Shown piece by piece: positions 1 through 11,906 of a DNA stretch of 64,000 bases. The stretch comes from Eledone cirrhosa (Eukaryota). Within the stretch, counting starts at the first letter, position 1. Each line of letters begins with the position of its first letter. The notes beneath the pieces were generated by a model, which ran no database searches, had not been told where the DNA came from, and worked only from the letters and a program-made list of their open reading frames with translations. Where the stretch lies: the NCBI GenBank assembly GCA_964016885.1, contig OZ024744.1, positions 92,752,001 through 92,816,000 on the forward strand, read 5' to 3'. The translations under genes were made by a program, and so were the position numbers.

Positions 1-291
1 CCATTAACATTGATTTTGCTGTGGAAAAATGTGTGGAGGTGATCATTGAGAGTGAGGTGGAGTTCTGCGACGTCGACACAGACGAACTGGGCCTCCTACT
101 TAGACTTACCTACGACAGTGACTACCTAGACAGCCATGACCTTAGACGTTTCTGCCCTAGTAGACCCATAAGAGGTAGACACCCCCCCCCCCCCCACCAT
201 AACCCCCATGGCAAAAAAGACTCCCATGGGAAGGTGAATTGGGTGGACCAAAGCCATACGGACCCCCCAAAACAATGATCAGGTAAGAAAA

Positions 292-1659
292 ATGGTCGCA
301 CATGCAATAGGGGCTAGTATCAAAACTACCCTAAAGGGCCACATATTCAAGTTCAACGAGAAGATCTACACCCAAAATGAGGGAGCAGCCATTGGCGTCA
401 GCATAATTGGTGATGTTGCCAACCTTTTTATGGTATGGTGGGAAAGGAGACTTAAAGATCTCCTTAATGAGAGCTCCATAGACCTCATCATGTACTCTCG
501 TTACGTAGACGATATCAATATAGTTATAAGAACATCCCCACTAGAGAGCACTAACAAGTTTGATTTAGAACGTAGCACAATGGAAAGCATCCACCAGATA
601 GCTAATTCCATACACCAGAGTATAACTGTAACTATCGACTACCCTTCCAAACACCCTAACAATAGACTACCTGTATTAGACACGGAACTCTGGATTAACA
701 CTATAGACGAGAGAGCCCAAATTCTCCACTCACACTATGCTAAACCCATGGCCTCCAAATACCTGATACTCAAAAACTCAGCAATGTCCAGTAGTGCTAA
801 GTTTAATATTCTGATCGCAGATTTGGTACGAGTGATGAAGAATGTGTCCCGCATGTGCGACCTAACAGAAATGGAAAGACACATCCAACACTTCATCAAC
901 CGCATGCAGTTCTCTGGCTACAACCAAAGAGACAAAGTCAGAGTATACGAAGGAGCCATGGAGAAGTATAAGACCCTCATAGAACTGGACATGAAAGGAA
1001 TTTGCCCATTATACAGGAGCAAATCCTGGAATAGCTTAGATAGGGCTAGACATAAGATAGGGAAAGCCACCTCATGGTACGACAACCAGAGATACCAGAG
1101 TGTCATGTTTGTGGATGCTACCCCTGGAGGGAAATTAGCTAACCAGTGTAGAAAGGCTCTGAGAAAGACCCACTTAAAGATTAAGGTGGTAGAAAAGCCA
1201 GGAACCACCATAAAATCCCTGATCAGCAAAACCTACCCTTTTAAGAAAACCCACTGTACTAATAGGAAGTGTATCATATGTAAGGTAAACCCCCGGATAA
1301 ACTGTAAAACTAGAAACGTAGTCTATAGCATAAGATGTACAGAGGGTACTTGCAGAAACATGACAACAACATACATAGGCGAAACAGCTCGTAGCATAGG
1401 TGAAAGGATAGACCAACACTGGGGGGAACTAAAAGGACGAAAAAATGGGTCAGTAATATACGAACATGCCAGACAACAACACGACGGTAACATAGACAAC
1501 ATAGAAATTAGAATAATATCTAAACATAGAAATGACCCAGCAGATAGGCAAATCAGAGAGGCCAGTGAAATAGAACTTAGAAGGCTAAGACTAAACAGAA
1601 AGAATGAATGGAATAACAACAACACCCAAACAAACAACACTGACCTAAGAGAAGTATAA
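292..1659 (+). CDS. PLE reverse transcriptase (C-terminal part) + Cys-rich linker + GIY-YIG endonuclease; upstream part (21-278) disrupted around a poly-C tract
   Basis: Motifs GAAIGVS..GDVANLFM, YSRYVDDI, LPVLD, CxxxxCxxC..CKTRNVVYSIRC..YIGETARSIGERIDQH, R..REA. Confidence 0.88.
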   Translation: MVAHAIGASIKTTLKGHIFKFNEKIYTQNEGAAIGVSIIGDVANLFMVWWERRLKDLLNESSIDLIMYSRYVDDINIVIRTSPLESTNKFDLERSTMESIHQIANSIHQSITVTIDYPSKHPNNRLPVLDTELWINTIDERAQILHSHYAKPMASKYLILKNSAMSSSAKFNILIADLVRVMKNVSRMCDLTEMERHIQHFINRMQFSGYNQRDKVRVYEGAMEKYKTLIELDMKGICPLYRSKSWNSLDRARHKIGKATSWYDNQRYQSVMFVDATPGGKLANQCRKALRKTHLKIKVVEKPGTTIKSLISKTYPFKKTHCTNRKCIICKVNPRINCKTRNVVYSIRCTEGTCRNMTTTYIGETARSIGERIDQHWGELKGRKNGSVIYEHARQQHDGNIDNIEIRIISKHRNDPADRQIREASEIELRRLRLNRKNEWNNNNTQTNNTDLREV

Positions 1660-1931
1660 ATAAATAGATAAATAAATAAATAAATAAATACATACACAAG
1701 CACAATAACAACAAACACATAAACACACACTAGTAAACATAGAACACATTAACCAATACACAGTCACCCAATCACGAACACACATCAAACAAAACACTAT
1801 ACACACACGCAAACGCATGCGCAAAGAAGACAAAATAAAATAAACAAACAAACAAATAAATAAATAAATATATAAACAGACTAAATAAAGATGGCGTAGA
1901 AATACAATGCAACGGGAGGAATCTATAGCAC

Positions 1932-1969
1932 CACTGACGATGTTGCAGATGTGCAACGAAAGAACTTTG
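1932..1969 (+). ncRNA. Minimal type I hammerhead ribozyme in pLTR (weak stem I)
   Basis: CTGACGA-t-GTTGCA-gatg-TGCAAC-GAAA-gaac-TT; only 2 bp of stem I. Confidence 0.6.
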
Positions 1970-2172
1970 ATAAACTATATATATGTGTTTGTGTCTATAT
2001 TGTATCTGTATTATTTTTGACCGTTGGTCAGTCAATGGCAACATTGAGGACCGAATAAATTAGATTACCGATATAAAAGACACAGAAGCGAAAAGCGAAA
2101 ACCAACCAAACAGTGAGTGTGTTCTGTTATTAATTCTGGCAATATTACACAAATATGACCCTCCCCAAGTAT

Positions 2173-2261
<89 letters not shown>

Positions 2262-2383
2262 GTATAATATCGAAATGCGCATAATAAAATACATGGAACT
2301 CTTTTAACCATCTTTTGATCTTATATATATATATATTGGCTGGTTAGAACAACTTCGATTGGCATCTGTGTAAACAACTATAT

Positions 2384-2465
2384 CTTCTCTGAGGATTCTA
2401 TGCCACAGCGGTAACAACTTACATAAGTTACTTGCTGTGGTGTAGGTGAAACATCATGTAAGAAG
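2384..2465 (+). ncRNA. Type I hammerhead ribozyme with long stem II
   Basis: CTTCT-CTGAGGA-[tctatgccacagc..gctgtggtgtagg]-GAAA-cat-c-atg-TA-AGAAG; GUA site. Confidence 0.8.
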
Positions 2466-2569
2466 TAAAATTTTGTTTTAAACGAACTGCAACTCCTCCA
2501 TTTATTTATTTTGTATATATATATATACATATATATATAAGATACATATATGAGTGTTGCTACCTTTCA

Positions 2570-5090
2570 CGGTGTGGCTCAATGAAAGAATTAATTAATC
2601 AAACAATTATTAATCAGAGTTATATATAAAATTCCAAGTTTGAAGAATTATTAGATAAAATATATCCAATCTTTCTTCACCCTATAGTCTGTAGAAATCA
2701 ACCACATAAATAATCATTTAAACGACACACATATTTAATAGACACACAATTAAGCTTTCTTATTCTACAACTATGAATATGGCCCAAAACATCACTAAAC
2801 TAAATAGTAGAATTCTAAACCTTCGACTTCTTTATCACAACTTATATGGTCATTAAAAGACAAAAATTTAAAATACTCGATTTTTTGGACGAAGCTTTGT
2901 AATAGTAGAATCTACTTGAACTCGTCTGTATCAACTATCTGCAACCTCTGTACTAAGGAGACCCTATTAATAATTACTAATTATGAAAACTTAATTAACA
3001 AAAAAAAAGTGAATTATTCTCAAACTGCCTTCATAAAGCTTTGTCTACATTCCAAGCCTCGCAAAAAGTCAGGAAAAAACACTAAACAAACAGGTTTTAA
3101 TTTTTGACGTCTCTTATCAACTGTTGTACCTAAAACGTTATAACAGTTTATAAAACTTTAATAATACTTTATTTTCTAATCATTTATGATAGAATTAATG
3201 TTAGAATGAAGGATCCTGTTTAGGTATATAAACATATTATTTGTTAACTTGTTCTCTTGATGAATATGCACACCTTTGGATTATTTTAGATATTTATCAT
3301 TTAAATTCGGATCCTTATATATATTTGTCTTTGTTTTAAATATATAATTTGGATATATAACTTGTAAGATTACCGGTTATAATTGAACCGTAAATCATTC
3401 ATGCATTTATATATTTTACTCATTTTGGGTATGTTTTGGGACTCAGAAAGTTAGATTTGCACATATATATGTTTTATATATATTTAGGTATAAATATAAC
3501 AAACCATACTAGTCGACAAATATTGGTCTCTCTTTCCACTGAACTGGAGGTAAAACTACAATTATAATATTACTAATAATGATTGTAATTATTTATTTAT
3601 TATATGTATATCGTTTCACTAATACCTATAATACTCTCTATATATATTTGAACAAATATGTTTATCTAGTATAATAACATGCTCGTAGTTACATTTATAA
3701 GTAATTTAGATACTCAAATGACTCTCTATTGTTATAAGGGTTAGATATTTCCTTAATGTTCGAAATTATATAATGATTATTACTTAATTTAATTTAATTT
3801 AATTTAATTTAATTTAATTAAATTTAGATTACCTCCGGGTCATTCAAATCCTTAGCTCCTCTTTCTATCACCTTCGTTTGACATTTTAGAAGTATCTTTT
3901 GTCTACTATATAATAAAACCCTCTTGCATTTTAAACTATATTTTTTAATATTGGCCATTTTTATGTTTCGCAAACAATTCATTATTTTTTCACTTTTTTT
4001 TTTTTATATCTAGTCCTTATCCTTAGAACTCATGAAGTTTTGTCTTATATATTTATAGTATATATCTATTAAATGATTCTTTACAATAATTGATCTAAAA
4101 CATTAATTTTTAACAATATTTTCAGTAACTTATTTACTATATTGTATTATGTTACGTATATTTGAAAGGTATCATCTTAAGTCTTTAGACAATATAATCT
4201 TTGTGCATTTTTTTTTGATAAACACATATATGTAATTTAAAATTCAGACCTTTTAAGTTTAATTATAAGGCCTGTTGATCCTTTAGGCACTCAAATTGTA
4301 AATCATAAATTCTTTAAAAATTATAACTGTAATTATTTTCTAAATTATATTATATAAGCTGTTGTCAATATTATATAATAAATTTGGTAAACCTTACCTT
4401 CGTAAGGTTGTTAAAACATTATGTTTTCTTTCTCGTGTTTGTAAATCCTTTAAATTTGATTTCATAAAATTTGATTTTAGAAATTAAATTTGATAGTATA
4501 CTTTAATATTAATACAGATACCTATTAACTTTTAAAACCTAAAATATTATTCATTACTCTGAACTAACTTAAATTAAATATTTTGAATATTAACGGTCAA
4601 CCAAATAAGTTTAGATATATATTGTATATATGGATAATTGTCTAAAGACTTGAACATAAGTTATTCCTCCTTATCTCTCTCTCTGTAATCAACTCTCTTT
4701 TGTTTTTCTAGGCCCCTACTAACTATATTATCTCCTCATCTGTTTCTTCCTCTATGCTTTTCTTTTCCTTCCTCTTTCTTCAGTAATTTAAATTATTTAA
4801 CTGTTATATTGATGCCAAGTATTTTTTAAGCCGTCTCACACGCACCCTCTCTATTGTATGTATTATATATTTTTCTCATGTTCTCAATATTAAGGTATAT
4901 AAATATTGAGTCTTGTCATATATTACTCACTACCATGACTGAATCTTAACCATCTACTATGTCAGGGTATGTCATGCATCATCTTATTTTATCTGATCAG
5001 GACGTACTGTTGAAGTTAACTCAGTACCTCTGAAATATGTATAATAAAATATACTTGATCACAAGAATATCTATTTTGTTAATATTTTGA
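2570..5090 (+). mobile_element. Degenerate PLE remnant (GIY-YIG C-terminus and long AT-rich 3' region)
   Basis: 2916-3107 encodes CNLCTKE..I....LIN, like CDLCAEE..I....LN at 13190-13378; ends with a decayed HHR. Confidence 0.5.
4986..5050 (+). ncRNA. Degenerate hammerhead ribozyme (G8 to C)
   Basis: ATTTTAT-CTGATCA-[gacgtactg/cagtacctc]-GAAA-tatgta-TA-ATAAAAT. Confidence 0.6.
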
Positions 5091-5100
5091 ATTAATATAT

Positions 5101-5845
5101 ATAAATCAATACTCACAAACCCGAACCAAGGCCTTTTGCCCATACGGGTTTGTGAGTATTGATTTATTATTTTTTAGATCGTACAGGCAAACTATATGTA
5201 TTTGAATTAAGATATTTCATTCTAACTATTTTATTAGTCAATTGCAACAAAAACATGTAAATGTTTATCATATATTAATTTATACTGCTCAGAAGCGATT
5301 CTTAGAGCTGAAATAATTGTAAATCAACCCATTGAGTGTAAACTCTAAGTTATATTATATTACTGCTCCCTCAGTCGAGCTGAATTTGTAATCCCATATA
5401 AACAGCTGTTATTTCTAGCACTATGTGTGGGAGGTTAGAGGACTGGAATAAGTCGTGTGCAAAACCTCGTGTATTTTCGCTACGTTAACCAGACCTTAGA
5501 TATTTTTCTGAGGTGAAGTTACTTAATTTATCTGGGTACCTATTGATGAATACAGAAAATTAATTAACTCACTACTAATTAATTAATTATTTCACTATTA
5601 TACCATCCTTTGTGAAACATATTTAAAGTTTGAAGTTCTGACCGATCTGCGGAAAAAGTTTGTATTTTGAAATTTAAACGTGTCTAGGTACCAAGGCCTT
5701 TTGCCCATACGGGTTTGTGAGTATTGATTTATTATTTTTTAGATCGTACAGGCAAACTATATGTATTTGAATTAAGATATTTCATTCTAACTATTTTATT
5801 AGTCAATTGCAACTAAAACATGTAAATGTTTATCATATATTAATA
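5101..5845 (+). mobile_element. Retrozyme-like non-coding repeat, family A (565-bp monomer, ~1.27 copies, 23-bp 5' inversion)
   Basis: 5125-5279 repeated at 5690-5844; 5101-5123 is the reverse complement of 5145-5167; contains an HHR. Confidence 0.8.
5535..5692 (+). ncRNA. Type I hammerhead ribozyme (U3 variant) with extended stems II and III
   Basis: GGTACCTA-TTGATGA...GAAA(5614)...GTC(5682-5684)-TAGGTACC; 8-bp perfect stem I. Confidence 0.8.
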
Positions 5846-5872
5846 TATATATACATATATATATATCATCAT

Positions 5873-5928
<56 letters not shown>

Positions 5929-6190
5929 AGGAAAAGAATGACTTCACTTGTGGTTCTAAACAATTTAATTTAGTTTTATAATATTATGATTTTACAATTT
6001 AGTTTTGTAGATCTAGTAATTTCTTTGTTAACTTCGGTGGGGATATTTTTAAAGATTCCTGGTTAACTTTCCTGGACTGTGGCGATTGTCAAACTAAGAT
6101 CAGGTTGTGTTGTAATGTGTGACTCTATGTCTAAGAGATTTGGGTGTATCGGGGCGGGGGGATAGTGAAGGAATGTTGATGAAGATTTAA

Positions 6191-6410
6191 CCCTTTAATG
6201 TTGAAACCGGCCAAAACCGGCCAGAATTCTCTACCTCTTTCTGTTGAAACTGGCTGTAACTGGTTGCTCAACCTGATGTTAAGGTATTGTTCTCAAAATA
6301 AATACTTTCAAAATCTCATAGATTCGATATTATGTGAGATAATTATGTGAGGTAAAGCCTTTACCATGAAAATATAATAGTATATATAAAATAATATGAA
6401 TGCTAAAGAG
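6191..6410. mobile_element. piggyBac-like MITE with TTAA target duplication
   Basis: ttaa|CCCTTTA...TAAAGAG|ttaa; paralogous empty site gatTTAAagg at ~22695. Confidence 0.75.
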
Positions 6411-6436
6411 TTAAAGGAATTAAAGCATATATATAT

Positions 6437-7315
6437 ATCATCATCATCATCATCATCGTTTAACGTCCATTTTCCACGCTAGCATGGGTTAGACGGGAGT
6501 TGTCCCAATTTGAGTCAAGGTTGGTCGGATGACCGTGTCTCGCTCATATAGGACTATCTGGCAGATTTTCTACGGTTGGATGCCCTTCCTAACATCAACC
6601 ACATTTACTGTGTGGACTGGGAACTTTTTACCGTGTTACCTACATGGCCACATTACATCGTGGACTGTGTTTTTTCTCGTGACACCTACACAATCTCGAT
6701 CTCATTACCTCATTTATTTGGACTGGATGTTGTGGTACCAACTTTACAGAGAGAGGGTGGTGTTGGTGGGAGTGGGAGGATAGGGTAGGGGTAATGGATT
6801 GTGGTGTATATTTGGTTAAGAGGTGCCTACTGACTAGGTTTCGCTTTGTACATAGGCAAGGCGGGTCTTCTGTATTAGCGTAGCACCAAAGATCTCGGTC
6901 CAGTGACATTGTCTTAGAGAGGTGCAAGTGTGTAAGGTCGGAATTTATCAGATCGTCACAGGTTCTTCTGGGTCTACCTACTCCGTAACTTCCATCAATT
7001 TTGATCGCCCTGCACTTTTTTATACAGCTGTCGTCTTTCATGCGCATCACGTGACCTTACCAACGTAGTCTTCTCTCAAGTAAACAGCATCTGATCCCTC
7101 TTATTCCTAATTTCTCACTTAGTTCATTTATGCTTTGCCGTTCACGTATATTACTATTACACATCCAACGGAGCATGCATGCTTCGTTCCTTTCCAGTCT
7201 ACGCAGGTCCTCTGCACGCAATGCCCATGTCTCACTGCCATGTAGCATTGCTGTTCGTATACAAGCATCATACAACAGCGGTATAAGCTTTCTGAACTTT
7301 TTCCATCCCGTTCTG

Positions 7316-7321
<6 letters not shown>
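6437..7321 (-). mobile_element. RTE-clade LINE 3' fragment with (GAT)n tail
   Basis: MLHGSETWAL..RLERNE..RRLRW.GH; close copy of 37830-38720. Confidence 0.88.
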
Positions 7322-7400
<79 letters not shown>

Positions 7401-8284
7401 GAAAATAGTGAATGGTAGCAGCAAGATAATTGATTGGGAGTGGAGTTGGGAGGTGTTGGGGGTGTTTAAGGAGTCTTTAAGAAAGGGTTGTAAAAGTGCC
7501 CTCCTGCTGGTTCCATTTCAATAAATGACCTTTGATGAATATAATGGCAGGATGTTTTTCAAAATCTTTTCTTATAGCTGAATCAACTCTCTTAAATTTA
7601 TAAAGAATATCTTCAACAATTTTCTATATTAACCCTTTAGCATTCACATTACTCTATATATACTATTATATTTTCATGCTCCATCCTGTCCGCCAGGGCT
7701 GTGGGGGGTGGCATCGCGTAACATTCCATATTTAGGTATCCAAAACACAAAACCTATTTATTTAGTCTCCATTTATCTAACTAAACAAAGAACGAACATA
7801 TAAACACAGGTGTGTGTGTGTGTGCGTGTGTGTGCGTGCGCGTGTGTGTGTGTGTGTGTGTGGAAGGAATATGGAATTGCGGTGTACTTTACGTTCTGAG
7901 TTCAAATCTAGTTTAGGTCAACTTGGTCTTTCATCCTTCTTAGATCGATAAAATATGAGCCAGTTTATAAATATAAATATTGTATTGCATCATACAACGC
8001 CATACCGTACGATACCATACCATACGATACCATACCATACCATATGATACCATACCATACCATATGATATCATACCAAACCATACCATACTGGTGGTGGT
8101 GGTGGGATAATGAGGTGTAAGATACATGTCTTTTGATATGGGATGACAGCAAAGAGAAAAATAAGGATAGTTTGGGAATATTTGTCAGAAATGTATGTTG
8201 GGAGGGGAGGGGTGTGTCATGCTAGCTCACATATTTACTTCCCTACATATAAACATACATACAGCCCATATACACACACACACT

Positions 8285-8318
<34 letters not shown>

Positions 8319-8540
8319 CACACATATATATATAGATGTACATGTACACCTAAGGGGACTGGATATAACTATTATTTGTTACCCCGTATATATACACACA
8401 TATATATATATATATATATTTAAATGTATACAAACAGACACATACATACACACATACACATATCTACACATATATGCATATATATATATATATATATTTA
8501 CACATGTACATCTATATATATATATATATTTTTTTTATAT

Positions 8541-8614
<74 letters not shown>

Positions 8615-9236
8615 ACACATGCATACACATACCTGTATACCTACAGACTTACATACTTATACATATACGTACATACGCTTCTACACAAATATGTATACAT
8701 ATCCTCTCAAGTATTTAAGTTCACATATACATTGGGGTGGAGAAAGGGGGAATTAATGAAATGGTACCTCCGAGGGTTGTTTTCTCTTCAACGATCAAAT
8801 GTTTGAAAGTGCAGATGTCATCAACTTCTATTTGGATATATTTCTTTTTTCAATATGTGATTTTTTTTTTGGGGGGGGGGGGGAATTCATGTTATTTGAA
8901 GATGGAATATTATTTTTTTGTGTTCAGTAGCGGTTTGTACTTTCTAATCTCTTATATATAGAGTCACACAGTAACATTATATTTGCCTTTCATCCTTACG
9001 GGGTCGATAAAATAAAGTACCAGTAATGCACTGGGTAATTTGCTGGCCTTGTGCCTAAAGTAGAAACAATTATATTTGCCTTTCTCTTGGACAATATTAG
9101 TGGCGTGGAGAGGGGAGACTGGTATGCATGGGTAACTATTGGTCTTACACAAAACAAACCTTGCCTGGAATTGTACCTCAGGACCTTTCTAGGTGTCAAT
9201 CCCATGGTTATTTGTGACCGAATAGGGTCTTTACAC

Positions 9237-9375
<139 letters not shown>

Positions 9376-9567
9376 GAAAAGTGTCAGGAAACCCCGACGG
9401 CTGAGAAGCGTGAAACTAAAAACCATATCATTTGTACTGCTTCTCTGTCTTTTGTTCTCTGTTCATTTATTAAACTATATATATATATAAGTTATTCTGG
9501 ATTCAATCGGGGGTAACCACAGTAAGTAAGGTACTCAATACATAGCAGAGTATAAATGTTTTAATAT

Positions 9568-9767
<200 letters not shown>

Positions 9768-9874
9768 GTATATATAAAAGTTTACATATATATATACATA
9801 CACATACATATACGTGTTTTGCAACTGGTCACTTTTTGGCTCAATGAAAATTAATAAATTAAACAATCAGAGCT

Positions 9875-10040
9875 ATATATCATAAAACATGTCTATAGAA
9901 TCACAAGATAAAATATATACTATTTCCTCTCCCAATTAGCATAATTAACTATATAAAAAATCGAATAGACCAGGCTATACGAATGAGGCTTCTAGTATAT
10001 ATTTTATCTTGTGATTCTATAGACATGTTTTATGATATAT
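9875..10040. repeat. Inverted repeat with 48-bp arms
   Basis: 9875-9922 is the reverse complement of 9993-10040. Confidence 0.85.
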
Positions 10041-10381
10041 GTATATATATAAATGTGTGAGAAAAACTACAAACCCTCCATCTCAATTCTACTTTTGAAA
10101 AGCAGAAGAACTGCGAAACCGGTAAAGGAACCAAATAAATATATATATATTTTTTTAAAAACTCCAGCTACATTTTCGATTTCATCTTTTTTCCTTATAT
10201 ATATATATATATATATAAATTAATATGTATGTGATGAAACACAGATACCAACACATCTGTATATATATTGCGAAAGAAAAATTTAGCCAGATTGAAGTAT
10301 ACTAATTATTATACTACAGTTTGTCCATATCGATTTAAAATAATAAATCAACGGAGACGAAGTGTATTGGCAAAAGGCCGT

Positions 10382-10509
10382 GATGTTTAGACACATTTAA
10401 ATTTCAAAATCAAACCTGTTCCGTAGATAAGTTTAGACTTTAAGATCCAAATATGTTTCGAGTTAAATAAGTGTAGGAATATCAAGTCCCCCTCTCCTCA
10501 GTAAACATC
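10382..10509 (-). ncRNA. Type I hammerhead ribozyme, family B (inverted arm)
   Basis: Reverse complement of 11192-11319. Confidence 0.85.
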
Positions 10510-11191
10510 CAGAGACAAATTGATATGCTTCACTTCTAAATAATTTAAAAGACTGCGTGGCGCACATGGCTTTACAGTATCTAACTAGTCTCATAACCGT
10601 ACTGCTAGAAATAACAGTCGTGTATATGAGGCGGCTTTGCAGCTCAAACTAGGAGCAGATTAAAATTAATAAGGTAATGAATTCTTTTACAATGGAAACA
10701 TATTTGGAAACATATTTGGAAACATATTTGGATCTTAAAGTCTAAACTTATCTACGGAACAGGTTTGATTTTGAAATTTAAATGTGTCTAAACATCACGG
10801 CCTTTTGCCAATACAGTTCGTCTCCGTTGATTTATTATTTTAAATCGATATGGACAAACTGTAGTATAATAATTAGTATACTTCAATCTGGCTAAATTTT
10901 TCTTTCGCAATATATATACAGATGTGTTGGTATCTGTGTTTCATCACATACATATTAATTTATACACTGCTCATGGGATATATATTTTCCTCATTCGAGC
11001 TGATTCCATTGTAAAAGAATTCATTACCTTATTAATTTTAATCTGCTCCTAGTTTGAGCTGCAAAGCCGCCTCATATACACGACTGTTATTTCTAGCAGT
11101 ACGGTTATGAGACTAGTTAGATACTGTAAAGCCATGTGCGCCACGCAGTCTTTTAAATTATTTAGAAGTGAAGCATATCAATTTGTCTCTG

Positions 11192-11319
11192 GATGTTTAC
11201 TGAGGAGAGGGGGACTTGATATTCCTACACTTATTTAACTCGAAACATATTTGGATCTTAAAGTCTAAACTTATCTACGGAACAGGTTTGATTTTGAAAT
11301 TTAAATGTGTCTAAACATC
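11192..11319 (+). ncRNA. Type I hammerhead ribozyme, family B, long stem III
   Basis: GATGTTTA-CTGAGGA-gag..ctc-GAAA-catatttgga..tttaaatgtg-TC-TAAACATC; GUC at 11309-11311. Confidence 0.88.
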
Positions 11320-11671
11320 ACGGCCTTTTGCCAATACACTTCGTCTCCGTTGATTTATTATTTTAAATCGATATGGACAAACTGTAGTATAATAATTAGT
11401 ATACTTCAATCTGGCTAAATTTTTCTTTCGCAATATATATACAGATGTGTTGGTATCTGTGTTTCATCACATACATATTAATTTATACACTGCTCATGGG
11501 ATATATTTTTTCCTCATTCGAGCTGATTCCATTGTAAAAGAATTCATTACCTTATTAATATATATATATATATGTATAAGTATTTCCTAAGAAAAAGCAA
11601 AGGAAAAAAGAGTGCTCTATATATAGAACAGAGCTATATAATTAGAAAGTGAACCACACAATATATAACTA

Positions 11672-11739
11672 CTGCATTACCAAAGGTTTCAGGATCCTAG
11701 ACAATATTATTATATGTCTGGATCGTTCATCAGACGTAG
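11672..11739 (-). ncRNA. Type I hammerhead ribozyme
   Basis: Minus strand: ctacgt-CTGATGA-[gatccagaca/tgtctaggatc]-GAAA-cc-ttt-gg-TA-atgcag. Confidence 0.8.
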
Positions 11740-11755
11740 AGGATATATATATATA

Positions 11756-11796
<41 letters not shown>

Positions 11797-11844
11797 GATA
11801 TTAAACAAATGGAAACTATATTTATATTTATAAAACCATATTTA

Positions 11845-11906
11845 TTTCGTTATATATATTTCTGGGATATCATATTAAAAATATGGTATACCTTCCTCAG
11901 ACAAAA
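11845..11906 (-). ncRNA. Type I hammerhead ribozyme in inverted pLTR
   Basis: Reverse complement of 14647-14708. Confidence 0.75.

Larger units (their letters stand above)
1..2178 (+). mobile_element. Penelope-like retroelement (5' end outside window) with 3' pLTR/UTR ending in (TA)n
   Basis: RT and GIY-YIG ORF followed by a 3' region with an HHR core, homologous to 20340-20745 and 39035-39440. Confidence 0.9.
10215..11559 (+). mobile_element. Retrozyme-like non-coding repeat, family B (523-bp monomer; inverted arm 10215-10697 plus ~1.6 tandem copies 10719-11559)
   Basis: 10719-11036 repeated at 11242-11559; near-identical inverted arm; (TA)n on both sides; no ORF. Confidence 0.88.

Noticed and set aside
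11263-11270. Alternative HHR fold using GUC-UAAAC at 11263
   Set aside because: Only a 5-bp stem I; the GUC at 11309-11311 gives 8 bp and matches family A
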